A stretch of DNA of 64,000 bases from Phenylobacterium sp. (GCF_020402505.1 NZ_JADBZL010000023.1:3623-67622); one strand, 5' to 3'. Numbered from the stretch's first letter, positions 46,077-55,276 are shown. The notes: generated from the letters alone by a model not told the origin. Numbers and translations: made by a program.

Positions 46077-46870
46077 TGCGGCTCCCCGGACTGCAGGCGC
46101 CGGATCTCTTGAAGTCCCGTCGGCGGCGCTCGCCAGAGCGGGGCCTCCGTCTCGACGTAGTCGCGCAGCGAGGCGGGCACGTCCTTCCATTGGTCAATGC
46201 GCCAAGTAACCAGGTGCATGATCGCCGGCCCACCGCCTGCCCACGCCGGGGCCTCTCCGTACCGGACCCAGGAAAGCTGGTTCGGATTGGAGGCCCCGCC
46301 CGGCGCCTGGATGAAGAAATCGTAGTTCTCGAAGGCCTGGTAGCGGCGCTCCCCGCGGGTCGGTATGTCCAGAAAGAGCGGCGCGGTGAACACGTAGGCG
46401 TCGCCGATCCGGCGCGCCTGCATCGTATCGCCCGGTCCGATGCGCTGGAGACGCGCGCCTGAGCCTTGTTCCACCATCGTTGTCAGGCGATCACCGACCA
46501 GCTCGTAGGTGATGAACTGATAGGGATAAGCCACCGGTTCGACGGCGACTCCGTTCCTCTCCCGCAGGACCTCGTTCGATTCCGCGTCCCGATAGATGTA
46601 AATCTTGCGCGAGAACTGCCGCGCCAGCGCCCGGCCGGGATCCGGGCGGTCGGACATCGATGTGTCGAAGCCTTCGACCCGCGCAAGCAGATCGCCCGAA
46701 GGATAGGCCCGCAGAGTGCCGACGGAATACCAATAGACCGGCCGCCCCGTCCCGGTGCGAGCATCGACAAACACGTCGAAGCTTTCCCGGTTGAACCCCT
46801 GGCTCTTGGCGTCGTCTCCCAAGCCAGCCAGAGTGGCCGCGATGAATGCAAGCAGGGTCAATCGTCGCAT
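46073..46870 (-). CDS. DUF1838-like secreted protein (second, divergent)
   Basis: Signal peptide, VYWYSVG...LARVEGF and LSWVRYG..P.W. Confidence 0.6.
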   Translation of the reverse strand: MRRLTLLAFIAATLAGLGDDAKSQGFNRESFDVFVDARTGTGRPVYWYSVGTLRAYPSGDLLARVEGFDTSMSDRPDPGRALARQFSRKIYIYRDAESNEVLRERNGVAVEPVAYPYQFITYELVGDRLTTMVEQGSGARLQRIGPGDTMQARRIGDAYVFTAPLFLDIPTRGERRYQAFENYDFFIQAPGGASNPNQLSWVRYGEAPAWAGGGPAIMHLVTWRIDQWKDVPASLRDYVETEAPLWRAPPTGLQEIRRLQSGEPQ

Positions 46871-46920
46871 TTGTGCGCCTCCAATCCGCAATCAGGGTAA
46901 CCCCGCTTGTCGGCGGCTTC

Positions 46921-46944
46921 AAATGATATAAGATTATACCAATA
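46921..46944. promoter_or_regulatory. Operator motif A
   Basis: AAATGATATA-AGAT-TATACCAATA between DUF1838-like gene 2 and TonB receptor 2. Confidence 0.72.
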
Positions 46945-46992
46945 GAACCGGGCTGAGATCCGGGCCCACAACATGAACCCGGAGATCCCTCC

Positions 46993-49308
46993 ATGCGTTT
47001 TTCCGTTTTGCTTCTCTCCACCGCCTCCGCCGCCGCCATGTTTGTCGCACTTCCTGCGGCTGCTCAGGATGGGCCGTCCGACCAGGCCGTCACGCGCGTC
47101 GATGAAATCATCGTCACTGCCCAGCGCCGGGAGCAGAACATCCAGGACGTGCCGATAGCCGTTACGGCCTTCACGGATACGCAGCTGGAAGTCGCGATCG
47201 TAGAGGATACAAGCGATCTCGTGCGAGTGACGCCAAGCCTGACGGGGGGGTTGAACACCGGCACGGGAGGCGCTGTCAGCTACTTCATCCGCGGTCTCGG
47301 ATCGACCGAACAGGTCGCTACCTTCGATGTGCCTGTCGCGACCTATGTCGATGAAGTCTATGTCGCCCGGCAGATCGCCAACAACATCACCCTGCTGGAC
47401 GTGGATCAGATCGAGGTCTTGCGCGGGCCGCAAGGCACATTGTTTGGACGCAACACAACAGGCGGCGCAATTTCCATCACGACGCGCAAGCCCAGTCAGG
47501 ACTTCCGAGCCTCCGTTGAAGGCGCCTTCGGATCATTCGACCGCTATACCTTGCGCGGTGCAATCAGTGGACCGCTGAATGACGCCGTCTCGGCGGGCGC
47601 GACGGTACTCCGAATCGGCGATAACGGTTACTCGCGCAGCCTTGTTACCGGACAGGATCTGAACGGCGAGGACACTTGGGGCGTCCGCGCGGCCTTGCGT
47701 TTCCAGCCGAACGAGACTTGGGACTGGAACCTGTCCGCCGACTACATCGACCAGGCCAAGACCACCATTGGCGTGAACCCGCTGGATCGCCAGTACACGA
47801 GCCGGACGGGATTGAGGCGCGGCGACTGCTCCGACAGCGCGGTGGAGTCGTTCCTGAACCAACGCCTTGGCAACTGTGCCCGCACTCGGGTCACCACCGT
47901 GATTTCGAACCTGACCCACGACATGGACTGGGCCAGTGTCACCTGGATCAGCGGCTACATCTCCACCGATCAGATTTTCTCGGTCGACTTCGGCCTTGGC
48001 GGCAGCCCGACGCCGTTCGGCGGCTTCGTCATTTCCAATGACGTCGAGACGAGGCAATGGACGCAGGAGCTCAAGCTGGTCGGCGAAACCGGCCGCGTCA
48101 ACTGGGTCGCGGGCCTCTTCTACCTTGATGAGGACAACTCGACCTATCAGGTCGACACCTTCGCCACGACGCCGACGGCCACCAGCGCCCTGGTGTTGGG
48201 CGATCGTCTGCTCAATAACGGGACCCGGTCCTTTGCGGCCTACGCCCAGGGCGACTTCGCGATCACGGACCAGCTCACCCTGACGCTTGGGGGGCGTTAC
48301 ACCGATGAAGACAAGGACGTCCGTTTCGGTGATCGGACCCGAGCAACCTATCCGGCCGGCTTCATCGGCTTCACCGGCGCCGCGACCTCACGGCCGACGA
48401 CCGCGAACCTGATTGCGGCCGGAATACCGGTGTCGCAGTCCACCTCGAAGTTCACGCCCCGCGTCGCCCTCGCCTACCAAATGAACGATGACGTGATGTT
48501 CTTTGCTTCGGCGACCAATGGCTTCAAGTCAGGCGGCTGGAACGCGCGCGGCACAACCGCAATCACCAACTCCGCCTTCGGCCCGGAGGAGGCATGGTCG
48601 TACGAACTCGGCATGCGTTCTGACCTTCTTGAGGATACGTTGCGCCTGAACTTGACCCTGTATCGTCTGGAGGTGGAGAACCTGCAGTTGCTTTCGGGTC
48701 AACCTCGCCCCGGCGGCGGGATCGACTTCGTGACCCGTAATGCGGGTGGGCTCGAAGCAACCGGCCTTGAGGCCGAGATCACCTGGCGTCCGACAGAAGC
48801 GCTGGAAGTCTATGCCACCGGCTCAATCGCTGATCGGCAATACGTCGACATCCCGCTGCGTAACGGCGCAGGTGGCGTCCCGTGTTCAACGACGCCAGAG
48901 CCGCTGAACTGTGTGACCACTCGCGACCAGCCGGTCCGTTTCCCGGAGAGTCAGGGCACGCTAGGCGGCCGCTATACCCTGCCCACCACACTGCTCGACG
49001 GCGAGTGGTCGCTGAACGGTTCGATCAGCTACTCTGACGAGTACTGGACTTCGACCTACAACGATGCGCGCACCGTGACCGGTGTGCCGTTTGGCGGAAC
49101 GACAGCCATCACGGCGCCGTTATCCCTGACCGCAGCAACCACGGTCTACAACATCGGCGTGCGCTACGAGAGCAGCGACGGGGCCTGGCAAGCATCGCTG
49201 GACTGCTCGAACTGCGGTGAAGAGTATTACGTCACCACCTCGCTGGTGGGCCTGGCCTATCCGAACGATCCGCGTCGGATCACCTTCCGCCTGCGCCGGA
49301 ATTTCTGA
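46993..49308 (+). CDS. TonB-dependent receptor (second)
   Basis: Signal peptide, DEIIVTAQRREQ, IEVLRGPQGTLFGRNTTGGAI and C-terminal Phe. Confidence 0.96.
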   Translation: MRFSVLLLSTASAAAMFVALPAAAQDGPSDQAVTRVDEIIVTAQRREQNIQDVPIAVTAFTDTQLEVAIVEDTSDLVRVTPSLTGGLNTGTGGAVSYFIRGLGSTEQVATFDVPVATYVDEVYVARQIANNITLLDVDQIEVLRGPQGTLFGRNTTGGAISITTRKPSQDFRASVEGAFGSFDRYTLRGAISGPLNDAVSAGATVLRIGDNGYSRSLVTGQDLNGEDTWGVRAALRFQPNETWDWNLSADYIDQAKTTIGVNPLDRQYTSRTGLRRGDCSDSAVESFLNQRLGNCARTRVTTVISNLTHDMDWASVTWISGYISTDQIFSVDFGLGGSPTPFGGFVISNDVETRQWTQELKLVGETGRVNWVAGLFYLDEDNSTYQVDTFATTPTATSALVLGDRLLNNGTRSFAAYAQGDFAITDQLTLTLGGRYTDEDKDVRFGDRTRATYPAGFIGFTGAATSRPTTANLIAAGIPVSQSTSKFTPRVALAYQMNDDVMFFASATNGFKSGGWNARGTTAITNSAFGPEEAWSYELGMRSDLLEDTLRLNLTLYRLEVENLQLLSGQPRPGGGIDFVTRNAGGLEATGLEAEITWRPTEALEVYATGSIADRQYVDIPLRNGAGGVPCSTTPEPLNCVTTRDQPVRFPESQGTLGGRYTLPTTLLDGEWSLNGSISYSDEYWTSTYNDARTVTGVPFGGTTAITAPLSLTAATTVYNIGVRYESSDGAWQASLDCSNCGEEYYVTTSLVGLAYPNDPRRITFRLRRNF

Positions 49309-49380
49309 CGCCAACAGATTGCGCCGCCGCACGCTTTTGGCTGGCGGCGCCATGGGGGCGGTTCTGAACGCGAACCCTCA

Positions 49381-49419
49381 GAGGGCGCGAGCACATGGCT
49401 CGCGCCCCTCTTCGTTTTT
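49381..49419 (+). terminator. Rho-independent terminator after receptor 2
   Basis: GGGCGCGAGC-ACATG-GCTCGCGCCC stem-loop followed by CTCTTCGTTTTT. Confidence 0.6.
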
Positions 49420-49595
49420 GAACGATGCCCGGGCCAAGATTGAGGCGTGGCGACGGGACTTCGACGAGAGCCGTCCTCACACATCTCTGGGGTTCATGAC
49501 GCCTGCCGAATTTGCTTCATCGGCCGGGGTTAACCCCGGCCGATGAAGCGCCAGATCTCTCGTTCTGGGCGGATACAAATCCGGGACAGGGTCAT
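49420..49595 (+). mobile_element. IS3-family right-end remnant
   Basis: DARAKIEAWRRDFDESRPHTSLGFMTPAEF...* (integrase-core C-terminus), ending ...GGGACAGGGTCA. Contains a perfect 36-bp palindrome at 49514-49549. Confidence 0.78.
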
Positions 49596-49619
49596 TCGTA
49601 GCGGATCACAGCCACCCGC

Positions 49620-49842
49620 AGATCAGGCGTCTTGCGCGGACACCGTCGAGACGCGGCGGCCTGCGCCGCCGCCTTAACCGACCAGCCCTGATAAATCCGC
49701 TCAGCCAGAAGGTCTCGACCCGAAGGCGTCAGCCGGGCTTTCTGGTGCACGTTCATCCGAGGAGTTCCGCTGGAAGTGGTGTGTTGCAACTCCAGCTTCG
49801 CTCAAGCGCCTCCTCGGGTGAACAACCATCGTAGCAACGACA
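49620..49842 (-). mobile_element. IS481-family left-end remnant
   Basis: TGTCGTTGCTACGATGGTTGTTCACC end, ATG at 49756 giving MNVHQKARLTPSGR...GWSVKAAAQAA, then degenerate. Confidence 0.78.
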
Positions 49843-50007
49843 CCTAGGTCGCCTTGCGAGTCCATCGACGCCACCGATGAAGATGGCCCGCCGGCAAACC
49901 TTTCCGACCGGGCCCGGCTGTCGCATCAAGTTCAGCAAGACTTGCCGCACCCCGGCTGGTATCTCGTCGGGGAACCCCGGCCAGAGATCAGAATTCGGGA
50001 TGAGGAA

Positions 50008-51204
50008 ATGCTGCTTAAAGGTCTGAAAGTCATCGAATTCGCCTCCTATATCGCAGCGCCGGGCGCCGCTGGCGTCCTCGGCGACTGGGGGGCGGACGTC
50101 ATCAAGGTCGAACGCCCCGAAGGCGACCCCATGCGTCACGTTTTCGCCGACACCAAGAACGCCGTCGCCGGAAACCCGACCTTCGCCGTCGACAACCGCG
50201 GCAAGCGCGCCATTGTCCTGGACATCTCACGTCCCGAAGGCCGGGACGCCCTCGCCCGTCTGGCGGCCACGGCGGATGTGTTCCTGACCAATGTCCGTCC
50301 CGCCGCCCTGAAGCGCGCCGGTCTCGATGAGGCGGCTCTGCGCCGGGACAACCCCCGTCTGGTCTACGCCATGGTCACCGGCTACGGTCTCGAAGGCCCC
50401 GACGCCCACCTGCCCGGCTTTGACGTCACCGCCTTCTGGGCCCGCTCCGGAGTCGCTCGGATGCATGCCCCCAAGGGGACGGACCCCTTCATCCTGCGCA
50501 CCGGGGTCGGCGATCACACCACCTCGATGGCCACTGTTTCCGCCATACTGGCCGCCCTCTATGAGCGCGAGCAGACCGGCCGGGGCCGGCTGGTGCAGAC
50601 CTCGCTTCTGGCCACCGGGGTCTACACCGTCTCTTCCGACATGGCTGTTCAGCTCGCTTTCGGGCGTCTGGCCTCCAACCGGCCGCGCACGGATCCCTTC
50701 GATCCCCTCGCCAACTTCTATCGCAGTTCCGACGACCACTGGTTCGTGCTCAACCCCCGTGGGGGTGGCGCGGACTGGAAGGCGCTCACCCGCGCCTGCG
50801 GTCGCCCTGACCTCGCCGATGATGAGCGCTTCGCCAACGGCCGCTCCCGGCGCATGAACAGCGCGGCCCTGGTCCGGGAGCTTGAGGCCGCCTTCGCTGC
50901 GTTCGATTTTCAGGAGGTGCGGGCGCGGCTGGACGGCGAGGACCTCGTCTGGGCGCCGGTCCAGACGCCCGCCGAGGTCGCAGCGGACCCGCAGGTGGCC
51001 GCCGCAGGCGGCTGGGTCGAGGTCGAGGATGGCGCGGGAGGTCACTTCCGGTCCCCGGCGGCGCCCGCCCGGTTCCCCGGGGCCGACCAGCCGGTCCGCC
51101 CGCCCCCGCCGGGGCTGGGCCAGCACACCCGCGAAGTCCTCTCCGAGCTGGGATACTCCGAAAGCGAGATCGAGGCCCTCTACGCCAGCGGCGCCGCCGC
51201 CTGA
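50008..51204 (+). CDS. CaiB/BaiF family III CoA transferase
   Basis: LKGLKVIEF...AAP, GADVIKVE, NRGKR and PGFD. Confidence 0.92.
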   Translation: MLLKGLKVIEFASYIAAPGAAGVLGDWGADVIKVERPEGDPMRHVFADTKNAVAGNPTFAVDNRGKRAIVLDISRPEGRDALARLAATADVFLTNVRPAALKRAGLDEAALRRDNPRLVYAMVTGYGLEGPDAHLPGFDVTAFWARSGVARMHAPKGTDPFILRTGVGDHTTSMATVSAILAALYEREQTGRGRLVQTSLLATGVYTVSSDMAVQLAFGRLASNRPRTDPFDPLANFYRSSDDHWFVLNPRGGGADWKALTRACGRPDLADDERFANGRSRRMNSAALVRELEAAFAAFDFQEVRARLDGEDLVWAPVQTPAEVAADPQVAAAGGWVEVEDGAGGHFRSPAAPARFPGADQPVRPPPPGLGQHTREVLSELGYSESEIEALYASGAAA

Positions 51205-51213
51205 GGCGCCGGG

Positions 51214-52074
51214 CTAGCCGAGGAGGGGCTCATCCCCCCTGCGACCGGCGGCGGAGTCCCTCCCCGCGGACGCCTCGGACAGGATTCTCAGCATCTCCGT
51301 CGAGAACATCGAGCCGCCCAGCCGCGCCCCGGGGGTCGAACCGTCTCCGCCGCGGTCTCCGCCGAGAATGAGGGACATCAGCACCTCCTGCTCGCGCTGT
51401 ATATCCTGGGACCGGCTGTTGCCTGCGTACTGGATGAAGCCGGACGGTTCGGGCGCGGAAGGCGGGCTCGCCGGCGCAGAGCCGCCCGTCCGGCTGAGGT
51501 TGGCGTAGAGCTCCTGCACGGTCGCCGCACGCCCTTCCTTGTAGAAGATGGTCGGATTGGCCCGCGCCGCTTCCGGAAAGAGATTCGCGGCCGGCGCCGC
51601 GCCCTGCTTCTCGAGGGCCTCGATGAGTCGGGCGGATCCCAGGACACCGAGGAAGTGGGCCATGTAAAGCTCCCCCAGGGTCGGATCGCGACCGATCCGG
51701 CCCCTCAGGTAGGCGGCGTTCTGCGAGGTGAACTCGGCCGCCATGACCGAGGCGGCGTTGGGGTCTAACCGCAGGTCCAGTATGGCCTGCCGCGCCCCGC
51801 CCGGCACCGTATAGCGACCGTCTGGGTTCCGGCGAATCTGGTCGGCGTAGGCCCCGTAGCCGTGCCGTTCGCCGAACTGCTTCATGGTGGCCAGCCAGGT
51901 CTGCTCGGTGAACTGAAACAAGCCGGCGGCGGTGGAGGTCGATGCCCGGGCGGAGGGGTTAAAGCTGCTCTCCCGCTGGGCGGTCTTCATCAGATAGCCA
52001 TAGTCCACCCCGGTCGCAGCGCTCGCACGCTGGATCACAGAATGGACGGCGGACCTGATTCCACTGATCGACAT
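51214..52074 (-). CDS. Lytic transglycosylase (SLT domain) protein
   Basis: TAQRESSFNP, AAGLFQF...TW and YMAHFLG. Confidence 0.88.
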   Translation of the reverse strand: MSISGIRSAVHSVIQRASAATGVDYGYLMKTAQRESSFNPSARASTSTAAGLFQFTEQTWLATMKQFGERHGYGAYADQIRRNPDGRYTVPGGARQAILDLRLDPNAASVMAAEFTSQNAAYLRGRIGRDPTLGELYMAHFLGVLGSARLIEALEKQGAAPAANLFPEAARANPTIFYKEGRAATVQELYANLSRTGGSAPASPPSAPEPSGFIQYAGNSRSQDIQREQEVLMSLILGGDRGGDGSTPGARLGGSMFSTEMLRILSEASAGRDSAAGRRGDEPLLG

Positions 52075-52097
52075 GGCCCCAGCCTGTCTGGGTATGG

Positions 52098-52146
52098 TAA
52101 ACGAACGCTTAACCATACCCGTTTAGACGGGTTACTGAAACGTTAA
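52098..52146. promoter_or_regulatory. Two CtrA-like boxes upstream of the SLT gene
   Basis: TAAA-N7-TTAA (52098-52112) and TTAC-N7-TTAA (52132-52146), each one mismatch from TTAA-N7-TTAA. Confidence 0.45.
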
Positions 52147-52148
52147 TA

Positions 52149-53318
52149 TCAGTAGCTCTTGGGGAGGTCCAGAACCTGCTCGGCGATGAAGTTGCAGATC
52201 ATTTCCCGGCTGACGGGGGCGATCCGGGCGATCATCGCCTCCCGGAAATAGCGCTCCACATGGTACTCCCTGGCGTAGCCCATGCCGCCATGGGTCAGGA
52301 CCGCCGTCTCGCACGCGGCGAAACCCGCCTCCCCGCCCAGGTACTTGGCCGCGTTCGCCTCCGCGCCGCAGGGCTTTCCGGCATCGAACAGGGCGGCGGC
52401 GCGGAAGGCCATGAGGCTCGCCGCCTCCAGCCCCATCCAGGCCCGCGCCAGCGGATGGGCGACCCCCTGGTTCTGACCGATGGGCCGGCCGAACACCCGC
52501 CGCTCCCGCGCATAGGCCGCCGCCCGCGCCAGCGCTGCGCGCCCCAGGCCCACGGCTTCGACGCCGATCAGCACGCGCTCGGGATTGAGGCCCGCCAGCA
52601 GGTAGGCGAACCCCTTGCCCTCCTCCCCCACCAGGTCCTCGGCCGGAACCTCGAGGTTGTCGATGAAGACGCTGTTCGACTCGATGGCCCTGCGGCCCAT
52701 CTTGGGGATGACCGTGGCCGTGATGCGGCTGCGGTCAAAGTCCGTATAGAACAGGCTGAGGCCCTCGGTCGGCTTCCTCACGGCCTCCCGAGGCGTGGTC
52801 CGGGCGATGATCAGGATCTTGTTCGCCCGCTGGGCCATGGTGGTCCAGACCTTGCGCCCGTTGATCACCCACCCGTTCCCCCGCCGCTCGGCGCGGGTCG
52901 TCAGGCTCGCCGTGTCCAGGCCGGAGTCCGGCTCGGTGACCGCAAAGCACATCCGGTCGCGGCCATCGATCAGCCGCGGAATGGCGCTCGCCTTCTGGGC
53001 GTCCGATCCGAACTTGACGATCGGCATGGGCCCGAAAATGTTCAGGTGCACCGCGCTGGCGCCTGAGAAACCCGCCCCGGACTCCGCCACCGTCTGCATG
53101 ATCAGGGCGGCCTCGGTCAGGCCCAGGCCGGCGCCGCCCAGGGCTTCCGGCATGGCCGCGCCCAGCCAGCCTCCGGACGCCATGGCGGACACGAAGGCCT
53201 CGGGAAAATCGCCGGTCTCGTCGACCTGGCGCCAGTAGTCGGCGTCAAACCCTGCGCACAGACGGCGAACGCCCTCCCGCAGCTCCAGTTGCGCCTCTGT
53301 GAAGTCGAAACCCGTCAT
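52149..53318 (-). CDS. Acyl-CoA dehydrogenase
   Basis: FAVTEPDSGLD, NGRKVWT, KMGRR and REAMIARIAP. Confidence 0.92.
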   Translation of the reverse strand: MTGFDFTEAQLELREGVRRLCAGFDADYWRQVDETGDFPEAFVSAMASGGWLGAAMPEALGGAGLGLTEAALIMQTVAESGAGFSGASAVHLNIFGPMPIVKFGSDAQKASAIPRLIDGRDRMCFAVTEPDSGLDTASLTTRAERRGNGWVINGRKVWTTMAQRANKILIIARTTPREAVRKPTEGLSLFYTDFDRSRITATVIPKMGRRAIESNSVFIDNLEVPAEDLVGEEGKGFAYLLAGLNPERVLIGVEAVGLGRAALARAAAYARERRVFGRPIGQNQGVAHPLARAWMGLEAASLMAFRAAALFDAGKPCGAEANAAKYLGGEAGFAACETAVLTHGGMGYAREYHVERYFREAMIARIAPVSREMICNFIAEQVLDLPKSY

Positions 53319-53337
53319 CGGCCGCCGCTCTCCGCCC

Positions 53338-54378
53338 TCACCCGAACCGGGCGGGATCGAGTCGCACCGCCCAGGCTCCGGCATCCTCGCCGGTCACCGC
53401 GGCGGTGACAATCCGGGCGACCAGCGGCGCCAGGAGCCATCCGTTCCGGCGGGCGCCGACGGCCAGGAACACCCCGGGCTGCGAGGCGAACCCGGCCAGG
53501 GGCAGACCGTCCGCTGAGGCCGCCCGCACGCCCGCGCGCGCACTCCAGGCCTCCGGGGGCGCGTCGGGCAGGAGGGCCCCGACCGCGGCCCGCAACCCCG
53601 CCTGCGCCCCGGCGTCCGCCGTCAGGTCGCGCCGTCCGGGCTCCATGGTGGCCCCGGCCAGGACGCCGCCCTCCGATCCCAGGAGATAGGCGCCCTCGGT
53701 CCGGATCACCCGGGCGGGCGGCGCAAGGTCGCCCCGCCAGAGGATCTGCCCCTTGATCGGGGCCAACCCCTGCAGCTCGGACGCCGCCGCCTCCAGGGCG
53801 GGGTCTGCGCCGGTGGCCAGGACGATCGGGCCGCTCTCCCCTCGCAGGTCCTCCGGCGCCAGCCGGCGACGCTCGAGGGTTCCGCCAAGCTCGGCCAGCC
53901 GCGCCGCCATGGCGGCCAGGGCGACCCGGGGCTCGATCCGCCAGTCCTCGGGGGTCAGGAGACCCCCGGCGTATCGGGGGTTCAGTCCCGGAAGCCAGGC
54001 CTCCATCTCCGAACGCCCCGCCCGGCCGATCCGGAGCCCCCGGGCCCGGAACCCCGCCTCCAGCCGGTCCGTCCAGTCCGCCCCGCCCGTCGCCGCCGTC
54101 CCGCTCCGGTCGAGGGTCAGGCCCAGCCGCGCCGCCAGTTCGGGCCAGAGGTCGCGGGCGGCCAGGAAGAGGTCGAGGGCATCATGGATGGGCGGGTCCA
54201 GCAGGGTCTCGAAGGCCGGCGCCAGCATGCCCGCCGCCACGCCCGAGGCCGTCCGGCCCGGCTCCGCATCCGCCACGACCCGCACCTTCAGCCCGGCCTC
54301 CGCCAGAGACAGGGCCGTCGCCAGGCCGAATACGCCGGCGCCGACCACCAACACGGAATCTGCCCCCGGACCGGTCAT
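53338..54378 (-). CDS. DAO-family FAD oxidoreductase (glycine oxidase ThiO-like)
   Basis: VVGAGVFG, ASGVAAGMLAP..E, GVR...DGLP..G and RNG.LLAP. Confidence 0.82.
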   Translation of the reverse strand: MTGPGADSVLVVGAGVFGLATALSLAEAGLKVRVVADAEPGRTASGVAAGMLAPAFETLLDPPIHDALDLFLAARDLWPELAARLGLTLDRSGTAATGGADWTDRLEAGFRARGLRIGRAGRSEMEAWLPGLNPRYAGGLLTPEDWRIEPRVALAAMAARLAELGGTLERRRLAPEDLRGESGPIVLATGADPALEAAASELQGLAPIKGQILWRGDLAPPARVIRTEGAYLLGSEGGVLAGATMEPGRRDLTADAGAQAGLRAAVGALLPDAPPEAWSARAGVRAASADGLPLAGFASQPGVFLAVGARRNGWLLAPLVARIVTAAVTGEDAGAWAVRLDPARFG

Positions 54379-54408
54379 GCCCTCAGGCGCCGGATTCCGG
54401 CGGGGAAA

Positions 54409-55263
54409 TCAAGGGCGGGGCGCAGGGGGCGGCGGAAAGCGCACCTCGGCTATCCGGGCCCGGAAGAACGGGAAGTAGGCTTCCGTGCCGAACATCGATC
54501 CGGCCTCCACCGCAAAGGGCACGCGAAATCCCTGCACGTCCCGGAAGTCCGAGAGGACGCCGCCGAAGGGCTGCAGCCGGTAGCGCCGTTCGGGATTGGC
54601 GTCGCTCCAGCGCTGGAAATGGACGGTGATCGGCCGCCCGTCGGGGGCCACCTCGATATCCACCGCCTGGGACAGCGGCCCGCGGGTGACCGTCACCCGC
54701 GCCGTATCGGGGCCCGGGGCCTCCCAGGTCACGCCGGGGCCCGGCAGCAGGGCGGCGGGGGTCCAGAAGACGGCCTCGGCCACATAGCGGCCGAAGGCGG
54801 CGCGGGTATGGTCGGCGTTCCCGCCCAGCCGGGCCACGGGAAAGAGGCCGAAGATCCGGAACCGGGTCCAGCCGCGGGCGGGCGAGCCGAAGTCGGACCC
54901 GGACACCCCGTTCGGCAGGCGGAGCGTCCACAGAAAGCCCTCCGGCGCGGCGAGGATCTGGCGGGCGTCCATCGGCTGGTAGACGGGCCTGTCCGGCGGA
55001 CCGAGGCTGAACTCGCCCCCCATGTGAAGCTCGGCCACGGTCAGCAGGGGCGCGCCCGGCGCAATGGCGAACCGCAGAAAGCGGCGGGCGGGCTCGGGCA
55101 GGCCCGCAACGCTCTGCGGATCAAAGACGGCGGGCCGGACCGGCTGCAGGGCGGCGAGCCTGCGCCACTGGGCGCGGTCGTCCCGCGCATCAAGGACGCG
55201 CAGCGCCGCCAGCCCCAGCAGGGCGAGGGCGAAGACGCCCGGGAGAAGCCAAAGGAAGATCAT
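54409..55263 (-). CDS. DUF6544-like membrane-anchored protein
   Basis: N-terminal TM, LPEPARRFLRFAI, EAVFWTPAAL and RW...P....PFGG. Confidence 0.72.
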   Translation of the reverse strand: MIFLWLLPGVFALALLGLAALRVLDARDDRAQWRRLAALQPVRPAVFDPQSVAGLPEPARRFLRFAIAPGAPLLTVAELHMGGEFSLGPPDRPVYQPMDARQILAAPEGFLWTLRLPNGVSGSDFGSPARGWTRFRIFGLFPVARLGGNADHTRAAFGRYVAEAVFWTPAALLPGPGVTWEAPGPDTARVTVTRGPLSQAVDIEVAPDGRPITVHFQRWSDANPERRYRLQPFGGVLSDFRDVQGFRVPFAVEAGSMFGTEAYFPFFRARIAEVRFPPPPAPRP

Positions 55264-55276
55264 GCCCGGCGGCGCC

